A stretch of 64,000 nt of DNA from Ascidiella aspersa (lineage: Eukaryota), in assembly GCA_963924565.1 (NCBI GenBank), contig OZ004610.1:14012001-14076000 (forward strand), read 5' to 3'. The position numbers and the translations under genes are program-made. Under the pieces are notes generated by a model that saw nothing but the letters and a program-made list of their open reading frames with translations, made no database searches and was not told the DNA's origin. This document shows, piece after piece, positions 1 through 12,631 of this stretch. How positions within the stretch are numbered: the first letter of the stretch is position 1; each line of letters starts with the position of its first letter.

Positions 1-1019
1 TAGCTTATTTATCACTATCACCTTGATGAGGTTTTAAAAATATGCGTTTATGATAGCCAATAAAAAAACGATGTTTCAAAAATTTAAACGCAAATCTACT
101 GTATGGTTAATATGCTCTTTTTTAGTCGTCCTTACATAAACCACCAACATATGAAGCAAGAAAAACTGAATCTTGCAAAATTTGTGTTCAGATAATTATA
201 TGAATGCCGTTCAAATATTTATATGAAATACACCATGAAATATAATTTGACTCAGGCGCAAAGGCAGAATGTTAATTGTTTGAATTCTGTTAATTCACTG
301 TGTTACAATTATCATTTGTTGATCTGGACGTTTTTGGCAAACGTTCAAGCATTTGAACATCCTGCCATTGGCAAATGAATTTGACAAGTTAATTAGTTGC
401 ACTTATTGACAAGCATTTCTTCTACCTTAGTAAACAACTGGCACCTATATGTCTTATTGTGTACTCTGTATACATGAGCGAATCAACAAATGATTTTACC
501 GAGGTTCATTTTAAAAGAAAATTTTATAAAGTGCCGAATGTTAACAACCGTGTCTTTTTCTGGTTGAATTGTGAGACCCTTGACTTGCTAACCAAGTGAG
601 ATAACTTTGTCGAACTTTAAATTTCGTTTGAGTGTAGATGTTTGGCACAATACCCAAACGCAAATTTCATCCGTTATAATACATAAAACGATAAACGATT
701 AATTGACTAGTTACCTAAATGTTAGGATTTCTAAAGGGAGGGGGGCTGCAGGAAAATCAAAAAATATTATGCGATCCTGGTTAATGTCCCCAAAGCTTTA
801 TTTGTACAATGCATGGTTCCATACTCCAAAATTGATACGAAGGACATATATCGATGCTCTTTAGAATTGCAGTTGTTGGAATGAATTAATATTGTCATTA
901 AGCTAAAGAGCATAGAGCAAATTTAGAAAAGTTTATTTGAAACTCTACACTACAGAGTCACGCAAAGAAGCGTCGCCAATGTACAACAACAGCTTGGTGT
1001 GCTATTGATTTCAAGCTGC

Positions 1020-1260
1020 AAGTCGAGACTACGAGAGGAGCGACTGAGAGAACAGAGATAGACAGAGAAAAAAAGGAGAATTAAATTTGGCCAGGCTTAA
1101 AATGCGGCAGCGGTCGTTCAGAGAATGGTGGGTGGTGGCGTCGTGACGGCGACGCGCTGTGGTTTACGCGCAGGAGTTCTTCCTGCCAATAACGTCACTC
1201 GATCGTTTCTCCGCCCCTTTTGGCTCAGCGCGACGTCAGGAGGAATACGAATCGCTCTAC
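1020..1260 (-). promoter_or_regulatory. CpG-rich putative promoter, probably driving a leftward (minus-strand) transcript that leaves the window
   Basis: Local CpG-rich patch with CCAAT (~1186), two CRE half-sites (acgtca at ~1192 and ~1233) and a GC box (ccgccc at ~1211). On the minus strand a pyrimidine tract with a TCAGT initiator-like site lies at ~1043-1080. Confidence 0.35.
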
Positions 1261-3354
1261 AAATTGGCCACTGACACTGATCTCGTTTTAACATGCGGAC
1301 GTTACTGACTAAACACTTAACCGGAACTGACTAAAAGTATTTGCAACTTAAAAGACCATAACCATTAAGAGTAAACGACCAATCTGCATGAATTACTTCA
1401 TAAATTGTTTAGTTTTCAAAACCTTTTAAAATAAAGTATGGTGTAACTGATTCCCACAATATGCTTATATGTGCGAAATATTACATTTAGAGCCCAAGTA
1501 CAATAGTATGCAAAACGAATGGACGTTTGTGATTTAATTGTGAAGTATTGCTACGAGTGCTTCGGTTTGTCAAAAGGTGCTACATCACCAGCTTCAACAA
1601 ATTTAAATGGGTGGAAGGTATCCCGAATTGAGCAGATGAGTAAAGACTATTATCCCATAAAAACTGGAAAAACCTAGAATTTAAAAAAGGAGATAAAAAA
1701 ATCACTAAAAATTCACTAAGTTTACGAATTAATGCTGTGTGGATAAGGTGTTAAAACGTAAAAAGGTCAATATTGCAATTTGTGACACAGTTCTTTTTAA
1801 GGTATTGATATGTATTTGGGACTTGCTATTCTATAACAGACGACGTCATCTGTTCAGTAGAAATTAATGCATAACGTTTAAAATTACATAGAAAACGTAC
1901 GTTGTTTAAATCGACCCTGTCTTCGGCTTCCTGATGATTCAATAGTTATTGATTGTGTTTCAAAGTAATACCAATTCAAGCATTAAACTTAAGCATTATA
2001 CTGTAACAAATAGCTAAAATTACCCTCTCTTGATTTCCCTTAAGGCACAAAATGATTAAGGAACGAACAACGTTGTAAGTACTCTAATACCTTGTCCTAC
2101 CTTTTAAGCTTGACCTTAATGTATTGAATTTTAGAATAATAGATTTTTATGCCACTCTTTTTGCACAACAGAGGATCCTCGGGATATTGCGGTATTGATT
2201 TGCAGATCCACTGAGGGTCACCCTTTTGCGTAAAAGCCCTTGAACCTATCAAAACTATGCTGTCCTACATCTCTTAATTTTTACTTAGGCCAAAGATGAA
2301 GATTACATTTCCAAATAAAATTGCTTGGTGCAACCAAGTAAAAATAATTTTCACTCTAATATTTGTTTTCTACGCCGAAATTAGTAAAGGTGAATTTAAC
2401 GGTTTTATTTGTAGTATTGTTTAATCATATCGTGCAAGGAAAACGTTAGTGGGGCTTCTCCCAAATGCTTACACGCCTAGTTTTGCAAGTAGCTATAAAT
2501 AATTTACCTTTAAATAGTAACTTGGGAATCGTAAAATTGGTGTGTCGCCCATACAATAAAAGGATAGGCAATATTTCAAGTGATGGCTGGATGAAGTTTA
2601 AACAGTCATTTGCCAGTCGTCATAAAGTTATATCTTAACCTAATAAAACAGACAACGCTATATACTACTTTTGTAGAACTTGTATGGGATTATGGTTAAT
2701 ATCGTCACTTAGTTGACTTTTAAACAAATGTCATATACACAATTACACACACTCCCCTACAAAACACGATTTTTAAATAGAAACCAATTTATTCCTCAAG
2801 ATAATTTTATAGAAAATGCGATTTTCTCGGTCCGCGAGCGAAATTCTATTAACAGTTGCACGTTGTTTGACTTCAGCAACGAGAGCTGTTAAACGAAAGT
2901 GTCAATCTGGCAACGCTTATCTTCCGTTTGTTGAAATAGTTTTGTTTACTTTTCGGCAATAAAGAGATGGCCGTAAAAAAAAGGTACGTTTTTGTATAAC
3001 TTCTCTTTCCATTTTAATGTAGTTATATGGATTTTTCTTGGTTTTGGTATATATTGGAACGCTAATGACGGTCGCAAACGAAGGATTTGCCATAAAGTCC
3101 AATAATCTCTGCCGTCCGTCGATAGATTATAGATATATAGGTACATCATTTGAGGATAAACAACTTTTTTATTTAAACCCTGGTGTGAATAAGTAAAAGA
3201 AATTGTCATTGATATGGGAATTTAAAACGAAGGTGAAGATTTACTATTTCGAAACCAATCCCTGGGATTTCAAAATGCGATTATTAGTATTATTTTTAAG
3301 TGTAATATGTATTACTTATGAAGGTTAAAAATATTATACATTATCCATTGCCCC

Positions 3355-4829
3355 CAGTGGCGTATGCAGGTGGGTGGGAGTTCTTACCCCCTTTTGTAAA
3401 GGATATTATCGTTTTTTGTTCGTTTTCGTCATGGTTTAACAAACTGTTCGAAGCGGCGTGCTTTTTAAGTAATTGGGTCACGCGTCTTAATCTAATGCAA
3501 AACCAAAATCGATCGCAAAACGCCGTTTTTCGTCTTCTGTTTGGTCCACCGTAAACGCCGGGAGTTTTTTTCTACGCTCTTTAAGCATACTCTAAGGCCA
3601 CGTGCTAAGTGTGCAATGGACACAACTTATTTTCCCTCAACCGCAGCTTGTAATTTAGCTGACTTGGCACACAGCTCGGCGCAGATATTGCGCTAATCGT
3701 GGCATAATAACACCCGGAAAAAACGATCTTCGTTTAGTATTGCAGGTGGTGAAAGACGTGCTTGTAATTAAGCGCTCGTTGCGTTCATGGAACTTGAAAC
3801 CTGCGCTGCTAATAGTCGAATAATGTGTGATTCTACCACAATTAATCACTAGGGCCATTTTTATTTTAACCTAAAAAAAAAAATTTTTAACTTTATTTTT
3901 ATCAAATTTTAACTTTATTTTAACCTAACGAAATTGCTTGTTTGTAGAGGCCACAGTTCTTCCTTGAATTGATGCCAGTTACCCAAACATAATATTTTGT
4001 CGGTTTCAGACCCAAACGTAATATTTTGTCGCAAAGTCAAGGTGTTTTATGGATTATAAAAAGTGTGTGGGTTTTTTTGGCGATACAAACTGTTGATATT
4101 CGAAAAGACCACGTTTATCAAGATGAAGTGTTTTATAAGAATTATTTAAATACGTATAATAAAAAAACAATAAATAAAAAAATAGACAATTTGCGATAAA
4201 AGTTACTGCTGATTCAAGTGGGCATTGTAACATATTTTCTGCTTTTATAGGTTAATATGGTTTAATTGTGTCGCAGTTTCTGATTTACAATGCTTTCACG
4301 ACGATTTTCACAAAAATTACTCTCAAGAAACACAAAAAACTTTGTCAAAAACCATAATTTGACAAATTTTGACTTTATTAAAAACTTTTAACTTTATTGT
4401 AAATTTTAACTTTATTTTGACCTATAAACTTCTTAGAAACAGTCCCCTAGGTGCTGAAAACAACTTATTCTTTGATTCGTGGACAGACAAGGTCCTTAAA
4501 AAATTTTAACTTTATTGACTTTTGCGGGCCCTATTAATCACACATATTTCACGGTCTTGGTTGTTTTTTTGCCTGAAGTCAACGATTGTACACCGTGATT
4601 TCGCAGCTAGCGCCTGACAGGATTGTCGACGACGCACGTGGTAGCTTTTGCTGGACGTATTTGGCTATTTCTGATTAGTTTTTTTATCACGTCTTGCAAT
4701 CACCATTGTATGACGTCATACTGTCACTGTTTTATGACGTCATTATTCATTAACGTCAGACGAAAAATAGGGGAAGTCCCTAAGTTGAAGATTCAGGACC
4801 CCCTTTTTGATTTTCTGGTTACGCCCCTG
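3355..4829. mobile_element. hAT-type non-autonomous DNA transposon carrying a nested element
   Basis: Termini cagtggcgta / tacgcccctg, with a perfect 8-bp TSD attgcccc at 3347-3354 and 4830-4837. Confidence 0.8.
3850..4533. mobile_element. hAT (Ac-like) MITE nested in the 3355-4829 element
   Basis: TIR tagggcc / ggcccta, perfect 8-bp TSD ttaatcac, and subterminal ttttaactttatt repeats. Confidence 0.8.
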
Positions 4830-7083
4830 ATTGCCCCCCCCTGGAAAATTTTCTGCGGGCGTCCTTGGTCGCAACTGTATTTGGGCCTAACTTTTACAGG
4901 CCTCTCTCAGTGTGGTGTGCGTGTGCGGTTGGTAAGCAGTATGTGTTAACACAAAAAAGTGTTTACTTTAGTTGAAGAATCGGTCTTCAACGGAGAGTTT
5001 TTGTTGGTTGAAACTGGGTAAAAAATCGCTGCAAACTGGTTTGCGCTCAGCCTTTCACTAAAGTGGACTGGGGTAGCATGTTCCTTTATTTGAATGTATA
5101 GCAGCTGTCCGACAAGGACACGTCGAATATGTATTTTGATTGGTTGTGTGAAGTGCACGGCACATTGTTCTATTTCAAAGTGTTTAAAATAATTTTATCA
5201 GGGTTTTACCATGCAGTATAGTATAATGAGCATGTATCATTGACATCACATTTGTTAAAATCTTAAAATGTAATATGGTCCTGGTTCTTGGTTAACGCTG
5301 GACCCATTTGTTCCACATTGCCTTAAGTGCACGGATCCACAGTATAGGTAGGCCTGCACACAACACGCGGCAGGCTACCTGTTGCGCCAAATCACCGATA
5401 TGAAAGATCGTTTTCCGTCAAAGAAGGGAGTTTTGTCTCGCATGTTATCAGCTATTAAGTGATAGATCATCGACCCAAAAGCGTTAAAGGAAGTTGTCAC
5501 CATGTTGCGCTCATAACATAGAGGAAGCTTGAAATACCTGTAACGACTACAATACGTAGAAGCGCTAGCTTTGACCAACATTCTCGAAAAGGTGAAAAAA
5601 ATAATTTAGAATGACGTCGTAAAGTTGCGTCATTATACAAATGATGTTAAAAACAAGCGAACTATTGCGCAAATATTTAGCTAAAAATTAAGATGATGCC
5701 ACAGAATACATCGCCTTTAGGCTAAATACGTTTAAGTAAAACGAAAAAAAATTGCAAGTATAGTTTAGAATTAGAGGGACTAGACCACCTGATAAAACAA
5801 AACTATTAGAAAATAGGTCTCGGCTCACTAAAAAGGGCTAAAAGGCCCATATTTGAGCCGCGTTTATCGACCACTGATCTAATTGGTGGTATCATATATA
5901 TTGCAATATATTATTTCGCTTTTTACAGTAAAAAGAACTAAATTGTAAATCAAAACCACAATCGCTCTCTTGTAAGAAGGCTTTTTGTCAGTTGTACTGT
6001 AAATGTTGTCCGTCGTCGCAGGTTGAGCGTTTAGTTGCGAAGACTGAAATGCTTCAAAACGTCACTGAACTTGTTTGTGCTGTGCTAGTCATGCGTGTAA
6101 TGGACGCGACGGGCTTGAGTGCTCATAAACTACGAGTTGGCCTGCGTGCAACAGTCTGCTTGATACTTGCTTTCTGTGGAGTCCAGTCGATTTAAATCAA
6201 AGTTTATAGCAGAAACAGCCAATATTTAAAAGCTTTTAGTGTATGTATTTAGGTCTAGCGGTTATGTAGACTGTCTAACTTTATCTAGTTTTATGGTAAG
6301 TTTGGCCTTTGCCTGGTATAATTACCAGACAATTGTTGTCATAGAATGGTAATGCTGTGTCAAACCGTGGTCAATGTTTTAAATTGTGATTTTGCACATG
6401 TGTATGCTGTGGATAAAAGTCAGTCAGTCAGTTGTGAGAAATCGCTTGAGTAGCCTAACAAGCTAGGGATTATTTAACACCGGAAAAACTTAATGTTCGT
6501 AGCCTTCAATTACCGGATTTACTATTGAATAAAGCGAATGTATAGAAAAGCGTTAGTGGCGTGGGCAACAAATTAAGAAAGTTCAATATACTTGTTTACT
6601 GCTGTATATTGTTAAGTTACAATTTATAAACATCTGGTCCAATCCTAACCGAGCCTACACGACTAATTGATTTTAGACGGCCTTATAAGATATCCATGGA
6701 TCCAAAGCCAATGGATTTTACCGATCTTATTGGCCTATTTAGATAAACCAGCACTTTTTTAGGTAGCCTGTAAAATTCCCTGAATCACGTTACCGTTACG
6801 GGCGTTACGTGCATACTGCTCACATATAATTCTGATGACCGTGAAATATTTTTTAAATTGTCATTTTTAGGGCCTTGTTTGGGATAAATTCCGAATGAGT
6901 AGCTATACAAAACACGCGTATTGAAATCATTTTATTGAGTTTCGCTGTTTTTGTAAAAGTTACACTCTGTATAAAACCTGAAAGCCATACATTAAAAACT
7001 ACGTAATTTGATACCAACTTTTTATACCAATTTGTAGCTGCTGCTTGTAATTTAATATTGTTAGTAGATTTCATTTTTTAATT

Positions 7084-7954
7084 CAGTGATTCTCAAACTT
7101 TACCACGGCACATCGGTGTGCTTCTATAGATTAATTATATAAAGTGTGCCGCGGTACTTTTTTATAATTTAGGACCATAACTTTTGTGTGTTACAAATAG
7201 CCGTATAGAAAAGACCAAAAGGAAGTACGCAGCTCGAAATTCTTTGCGTAATATCTCCGGAAGTAAACAAGATATCGATCAGAAATTTTTACACATTAGC
7301 CTACTCAAAGCAACCTAAGTTAGCCAGCAATCAGGCTTTTTTTTTATTGATATTCAGTCATATTCGGCCCTAAAATATAGTTCGTGATTCTTGATTGTGC
7401 GCTAAAGGCATCAAGCATCCTATTTTTTTTTAAATTGGACATTTTGTCAATTAAATCCAAATAGTCGGTTCTTTTTTCGCGCGATCGCTTTGTTGCAGTA
7501 TCCTTGAACATATTTAATTCGATTGCAGTTGCACATGCTTATTAATTATAAATATGTGTTTCGTGACGTCATCTTTAAAATTTTCACGCCTCGCCACAGT
7601 ACAAAAAACATTGATCGGTCGCGGGCCCCTGCCAACACAGCCTTATATATTCTTGCGCACTACAAAAATATTCTTGCGCACTACAAAAAATATTTGCGCA
7701 GTAGGAAATTTTCTTAGAGGGAACACTGGTGACAGCTACGATTATGCTCCTTAAAATGAGATATGACTCGACCGTAAAGGCAAACATGCGATACTAAATG
7801 CACACTACTCTTTATTAAACTGGTGATATTCTGGCTTTAACCTATTGACTAGCCCTGTATTGGGGTGATTGCCAAGCTTTGATATTATTGTTTTGTGCAA
7901 ACGAAGTCGCCAATATTTTTTTTGTCGCAAGCTAAAAAAAATTGAGAATCACTG
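7084..7954. mobile_element. hAT (Buster/Charlie-like) non-autonomous element
   Basis: TIR cagtgattctcaa / ttgagaatcactg, with a degenerate 8-bp TSD ttttaatt/ctttaaat. Confidence 0.6.
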
Positions 7955-8140
7955 CTTTAAATAAATTAATGTTATTTATCGTTCTTGCTTTTTAGAATTA
8001 TTATAAATAGTCATTTTTTGCTACATATAAATTATTTTATACCTGTTAAAAACCAACATTATACTCACTGCAGGCGGCTAGCCTAGGAGAACAGCTTTAA
8101 AGTTTCCAGAAGAACGTGTTACAATTTTGCTACACGAATG

Positions 8141-8590
8141 CAGACTTGGACAACTAGATAATTCTAGTTTTCTAATTTAATGAATTAGTGCAAAATGCGT
8201 CTAATTTTAATTCTAATCTCATTTGTGAATTGCTTATGTGCTCTAATTCTAGTTCTAATCTAATTCGGATTTTACCAAAAATGTTACTTTGTCCAACGCC
8301 ATATTTAGTCTCTTAGTCAAGGCAAAGAATTTAAACTTCAACTCTTTGGTTGGAACTTAATTTCCACGGACTAAAAATCATATGCTATGCTAAAATGCTA
8401 AAAAATTAGCACACACATAATTGACATGCGCATTCCTATTAAAATACTTCTCGATTTAAGTGTAATTGATTATGAATAACTCAAAATGATCTAATTCTAA
8501 TTCCAATCTAATTTGGATAAACGGAAATGCTCTAATTTTAATTCTAATTTAATCTTAAAAAGCTAAAATAAATCTAGTTGTCCAAGTCTG
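8141..8590. mobile_element. hAT-type MITE with (ttctaa)n subrepeats
   Basis: 19-bp TIR cagacttggacaactagat / atctagttgtccaagtctg, with TSD cacgaatg/cacgaaag (7/8). Confidence 0.85.
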
Positions 8591-11500
8591 CACGAAAGGT
8601 TACAAATAGCTACACAGTAAAATTATTATAAATAAACCTTTTCCCCTCACTGCTTTTTTACCTGTATCAATCATAGGATTTATGTTTGGAAGTTGTATTG
8701 TAGACGAATCAACGAAGGTAAGGTGGTGGGACGTTAACCGTAAAACGCGACACTGTTGTGGTTTAGAATTGGCAAGTCGTGGCTAAGTTGGAATTTAGCG
8801 AAAGTCGTGGCTAATGGACAGATGGCTTGGGATCAGATAACATTCCTAAGCGACTTAAGGTTGCAAGCATCGAGTCGGAGAGGTTTGGGCTTGATGCAAC
8901 GCTCTCAGAACTGCTGTTTCCACAGAGTTGTTTTCCAAGAACCATCTTGGCTTTCTTACATTGAATCGGTAATAGAATAAGATAATATAGATTATATCTA
9001 CTTGGATATCGTGCAATGGCGTTGCAAAAGGCCAGCAATAGACCGAAACGCTATGTGAGAAAAGTAATGTTATCTGTAAAAACACATTTTATTTTAAACA
9101 GTTGTTATTTAGCACGAAACAGTATTTGTTGTATGTACATATAAACCAGCGATAAACTTAAAAAGCTTTGATTTTGTACGATAATCTTTCCAAAGCTGAT
9201 TGTTTACGATAATTTCTTTCAAGCCCAGGAAACAGCACTGGGCTTATTTAATGTAGTTGTTGGAATCGGCTCCTTGGTCTTTTTTCACCAATGTTTACAT
9301 TTTGCCAAGTCCAAACTAAAGGACAATTGTACAGTTAATATTTTCGCTTTTAATTCTTATGTTAAGTCAGTGTTATGAAGGCAAGTAGAAGTTCGTCTTT
9401 TGGGCTATGTTCAACAAGCAGTGGCAGCCATAAAACTCGCTAATAACGCAGGGAAGCCTGAGCTTTTGGTTGTTTGGTTGTTGGCAAATGTCTCAATCAG
9501 CCCAATAACGAGCCCATGCTGTGAAGTCTAGGAAGTAGTTTGTTCTATTGCGACAAATGTTGTTGTGGAATTAGAAAAAAGCCTATGGAAATGAGCCAAT
9601 ATAACTTCGATAAAAAGCAGTAAAACTAAAACACAGAGAGGGAACTTTTATGCCTTTCTATGTATATACATTGGACCTTACAGGTTAAAATTTAATGACG
9701 GAGAACGGCATTTACCTTCACACTAGCGCCTAAATTAGAAAAAGTTATCATGAAAATCGCACCGTATACATGCTAGCATTAGTTTGCCCTGAAAGCGCTG
9801 CGACCCAGCATTTGTTTAATCTTTTGCTGGGCTTCAGCTTCCACATTGTACTAATTCAGCGTTTCCACAATACCCGACAAGGACAACAATGCAAGCATTT
9901 ATTCGGATACCTGATCCAATTTCACGGATATGTTATGGCCTGACCGCCAGTTAACTATTTCAGTCCGTACATGCTCAACACGGACTCGGTGAAAAAATTG
10001 CTTGAATCTGCTGTGAACTGTACGATGGAAAATATTTCTGATTTAGGGAACTTAAAAAAAGATTGTGTTATGGGTATAATAGTCACTAGTATGTATAGTA
10101 TGGGTATGGTAGTCATAAGAAATTCTTAGCGAGGGTCTTTTTCTCTTTCAACATAAGTTTACATTAATTTAATTAAAAAATATCGCATATTGTTGTTACA
10201 TACTTGGCAATTTTAAGCTATTAAATTTTCGTGTTGCTTTTTACAAACCAACCTGCTTGTTAATTTTATTCGAAATTGCAAATATTACTTTGACTAAATA
10301 AACCGTTTTTCCAAACAAAAAGACCTTGGGCTTAATATTTCGAGTGACATATTGCCCGTCATGTGTATCATGTTGCAAGGAGCGGGCCACCAAACACCAT
10401 TTCCTGTCAACGTATAAAAGCACTTCTGTTTCTATAATGGTGAGCTAAGGGGATTTTGCCTCAGCGTTGTAGGCCTACTTAATACTTGCTACTCACAGGA
10501 TTTGTTGTCCATTGCTATATAGGCTAAACGATCTCGTAGTTCATTAAAATCATTTAAGACTATTTATTTGCTGTATTGCATGAGGTCAAAATATTTGCAT
10601 ATTAGTCTTTACAACTTGAACGTTGATATGCTTAAAAGTTTCTAAAACCCATTATTAACTAAGACATGGCTTACGCATAGCATGACTCCCTTTTTACAGT
10701 GCTAGGGTGTTAATTCAATTCATCGCTATTGTGTTAATTGAATGTATGGACATTGTTTATTGAATGACACATGCCATGTTTGGTCAACTTTGGAACGAGG
10801 CAGACTTGCGCTAAAACACGATTTTCATTTTTCAGCCTGGTCGGTTCTACAATAGTATCCCTTTCTCGGGTATTTTCGGTTGTATTAGTTGCTTATAAAT
10901 AGTATAAATTTTAGTTAGTACTGCAGTAAGTCTATTGGTTGTTAGAACCGACATTCAGCCAAAGAAAGATAATATCCGAATATTGTTACTTGTGCTACCA
11001 AATTGTTCATCTAATAGTTAGTTAAGTATGAATTTAACTCGGACTCACGTTTAAATTAAATTAAAATAATTTTAAATTTCGATAATTCTGAATTGCAGAT
11101 GCCTTTTTATGTAAATACCCCATTCTTAAATATTTGTGCCCCGTCGCTGTACTGCTAGTCTGGTTGCCTAATAATTTCGTTTAATACACAGCGTCTTGGA
11201 ATTTTGTGGATAACTACAATACCTAAAACCTTTGTTTACTTTCAAATTTGGATCTTGACATTGGGAGTGTCGAGCGTTTGCCTACGCAGCTTCGACAAAT
11301 GTTGACAAGCTTGCTGAGCTGTCTTTTTTACGCCAACTGCAGAAAAAGGCAGGTGCGATATTTGCCTCGTTCAGCGCTCAGAAAAAAAGGTCGCGGTCTA
11401 GTCGAGATTAAAGAGGGTTGCCCGCCTCAGCAGACAGTTTTACGTACGCGAAGAGTGCTGGACTAAAGCGAGACCTCTGTTCTGTAACGGTGATAAGGTG

Positions 11501-11953
11501 TTTTGGTGTGCTAAGATGAAACACTGCTGTGTTCGTTTTTGAAATGGTTTTATTGTCGTAAGCCAATTTGTTATTATTTATTAGGTATATACGAAATTCA
11601 GCAATCTGTGTATTAGACCTCGCTGAACTTGTTATTCTATTGCTTCTTAGTTGTTTCCCCCAGCAAAGCTGTGGTTTGTTTTGCTTTTTTATTTTGTCTA
11701 ACTCTTGCTTTTTTTCAATTTTTCTAAATATAGCAACAAATATTTTTTTCCTGACCCCTCTGGCCCGTAGTTTTTGTTAAGTTAATTTAAAAAAGACTAA
11801 TCATTTTGGCAATAGAAATACTAACCAGAACTTCCAAACCAGCCGACCCAACCGTATGCTTGACAGACTGCAATTGCTTAACTTTTTGTCCCTACCGCCT
11901 GACGTCTGCGAATTCGAGTGGAAACTGTAAAGTTTGACTGGAAAGCTCTCAGT

Positions 11954-12417
11954 CAGTGGTCGGCAAACTGTGAGTCGGAGCCATTTTTAGTGGACCGCGA
12001 GTCACTTTTAAGTAGTTGAGTGTTATCATGTAGTTGTGGGCCGCGTGATAGCCATGCATTTATTACACTTTATTTTAAAAGTTGTTGTGATATAGAATTT
12101 TTAAATTGGCTCACCTTGGAAAGGCCCACGTGCCAAATGTGGTCCTGAGATGCAGTCGAACTATATTTTTTGCCAACTTTAACTATATGTAAATAAAATT
12201 TGTTTCGCGCTTCGCGCGTATATTCTTCGTTTTATAGTGTTTTACAAGTACATTATGCTACAGCAGTGTTTTGGGCATTGAGGCGCCGTGTAATATTTCA
12301 CTTTAAAATCAAATATCGTGAATCCGCCACTGTTTTCTTAGAGGTTTTACGTAGTGGGCCTTCAATAGCTCTGAAAAGAGTACTTTGGGCCGCGACAAAA
12401 AATATTGCCGACCATTG
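11954..12417. mobile_element. hAT-type MITE about 200 bp upstream of the receptor ATG
   Basis: TIR cagtggtcggcaa / ttgccgaccattg, with TSD ctctcagt/ctcttagc (6/8). Confidence 0.7.
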
Positions 12418-12631
12418 CTCTTAGCAGTTTGTATGCCACTAAGTTTGGGACTTTTATGGATATTTTTTATTTTTCAGGATATCGTCGGTTTTAGTATTAC
12501 CCTTTATAATATTAGGCAAGAAGTAAATGTTGGCGCGGTCCGGCTTACATCACATAGAGGAATTTAACGTGGTATAACATCGATTCGATATTGCTAAAAA
12601 AGGAACTGTTTAGCAGGAAGGTCAATCCAAC

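Noticed and set aside
569-592. Resemblance to miR-125 (tgagacccttgacttg)
   Set aside because: The seed differs and there is no convincing precursor hairpin.
8933-8941. GAS motif TTCCAAGAA, plus IRF-like sites at ~2891 and ~11235, as feedback elements for the receptor
   Set aside because: Isolated or imperfect short motifs are expected by chance in AT-rich DNA of this length.
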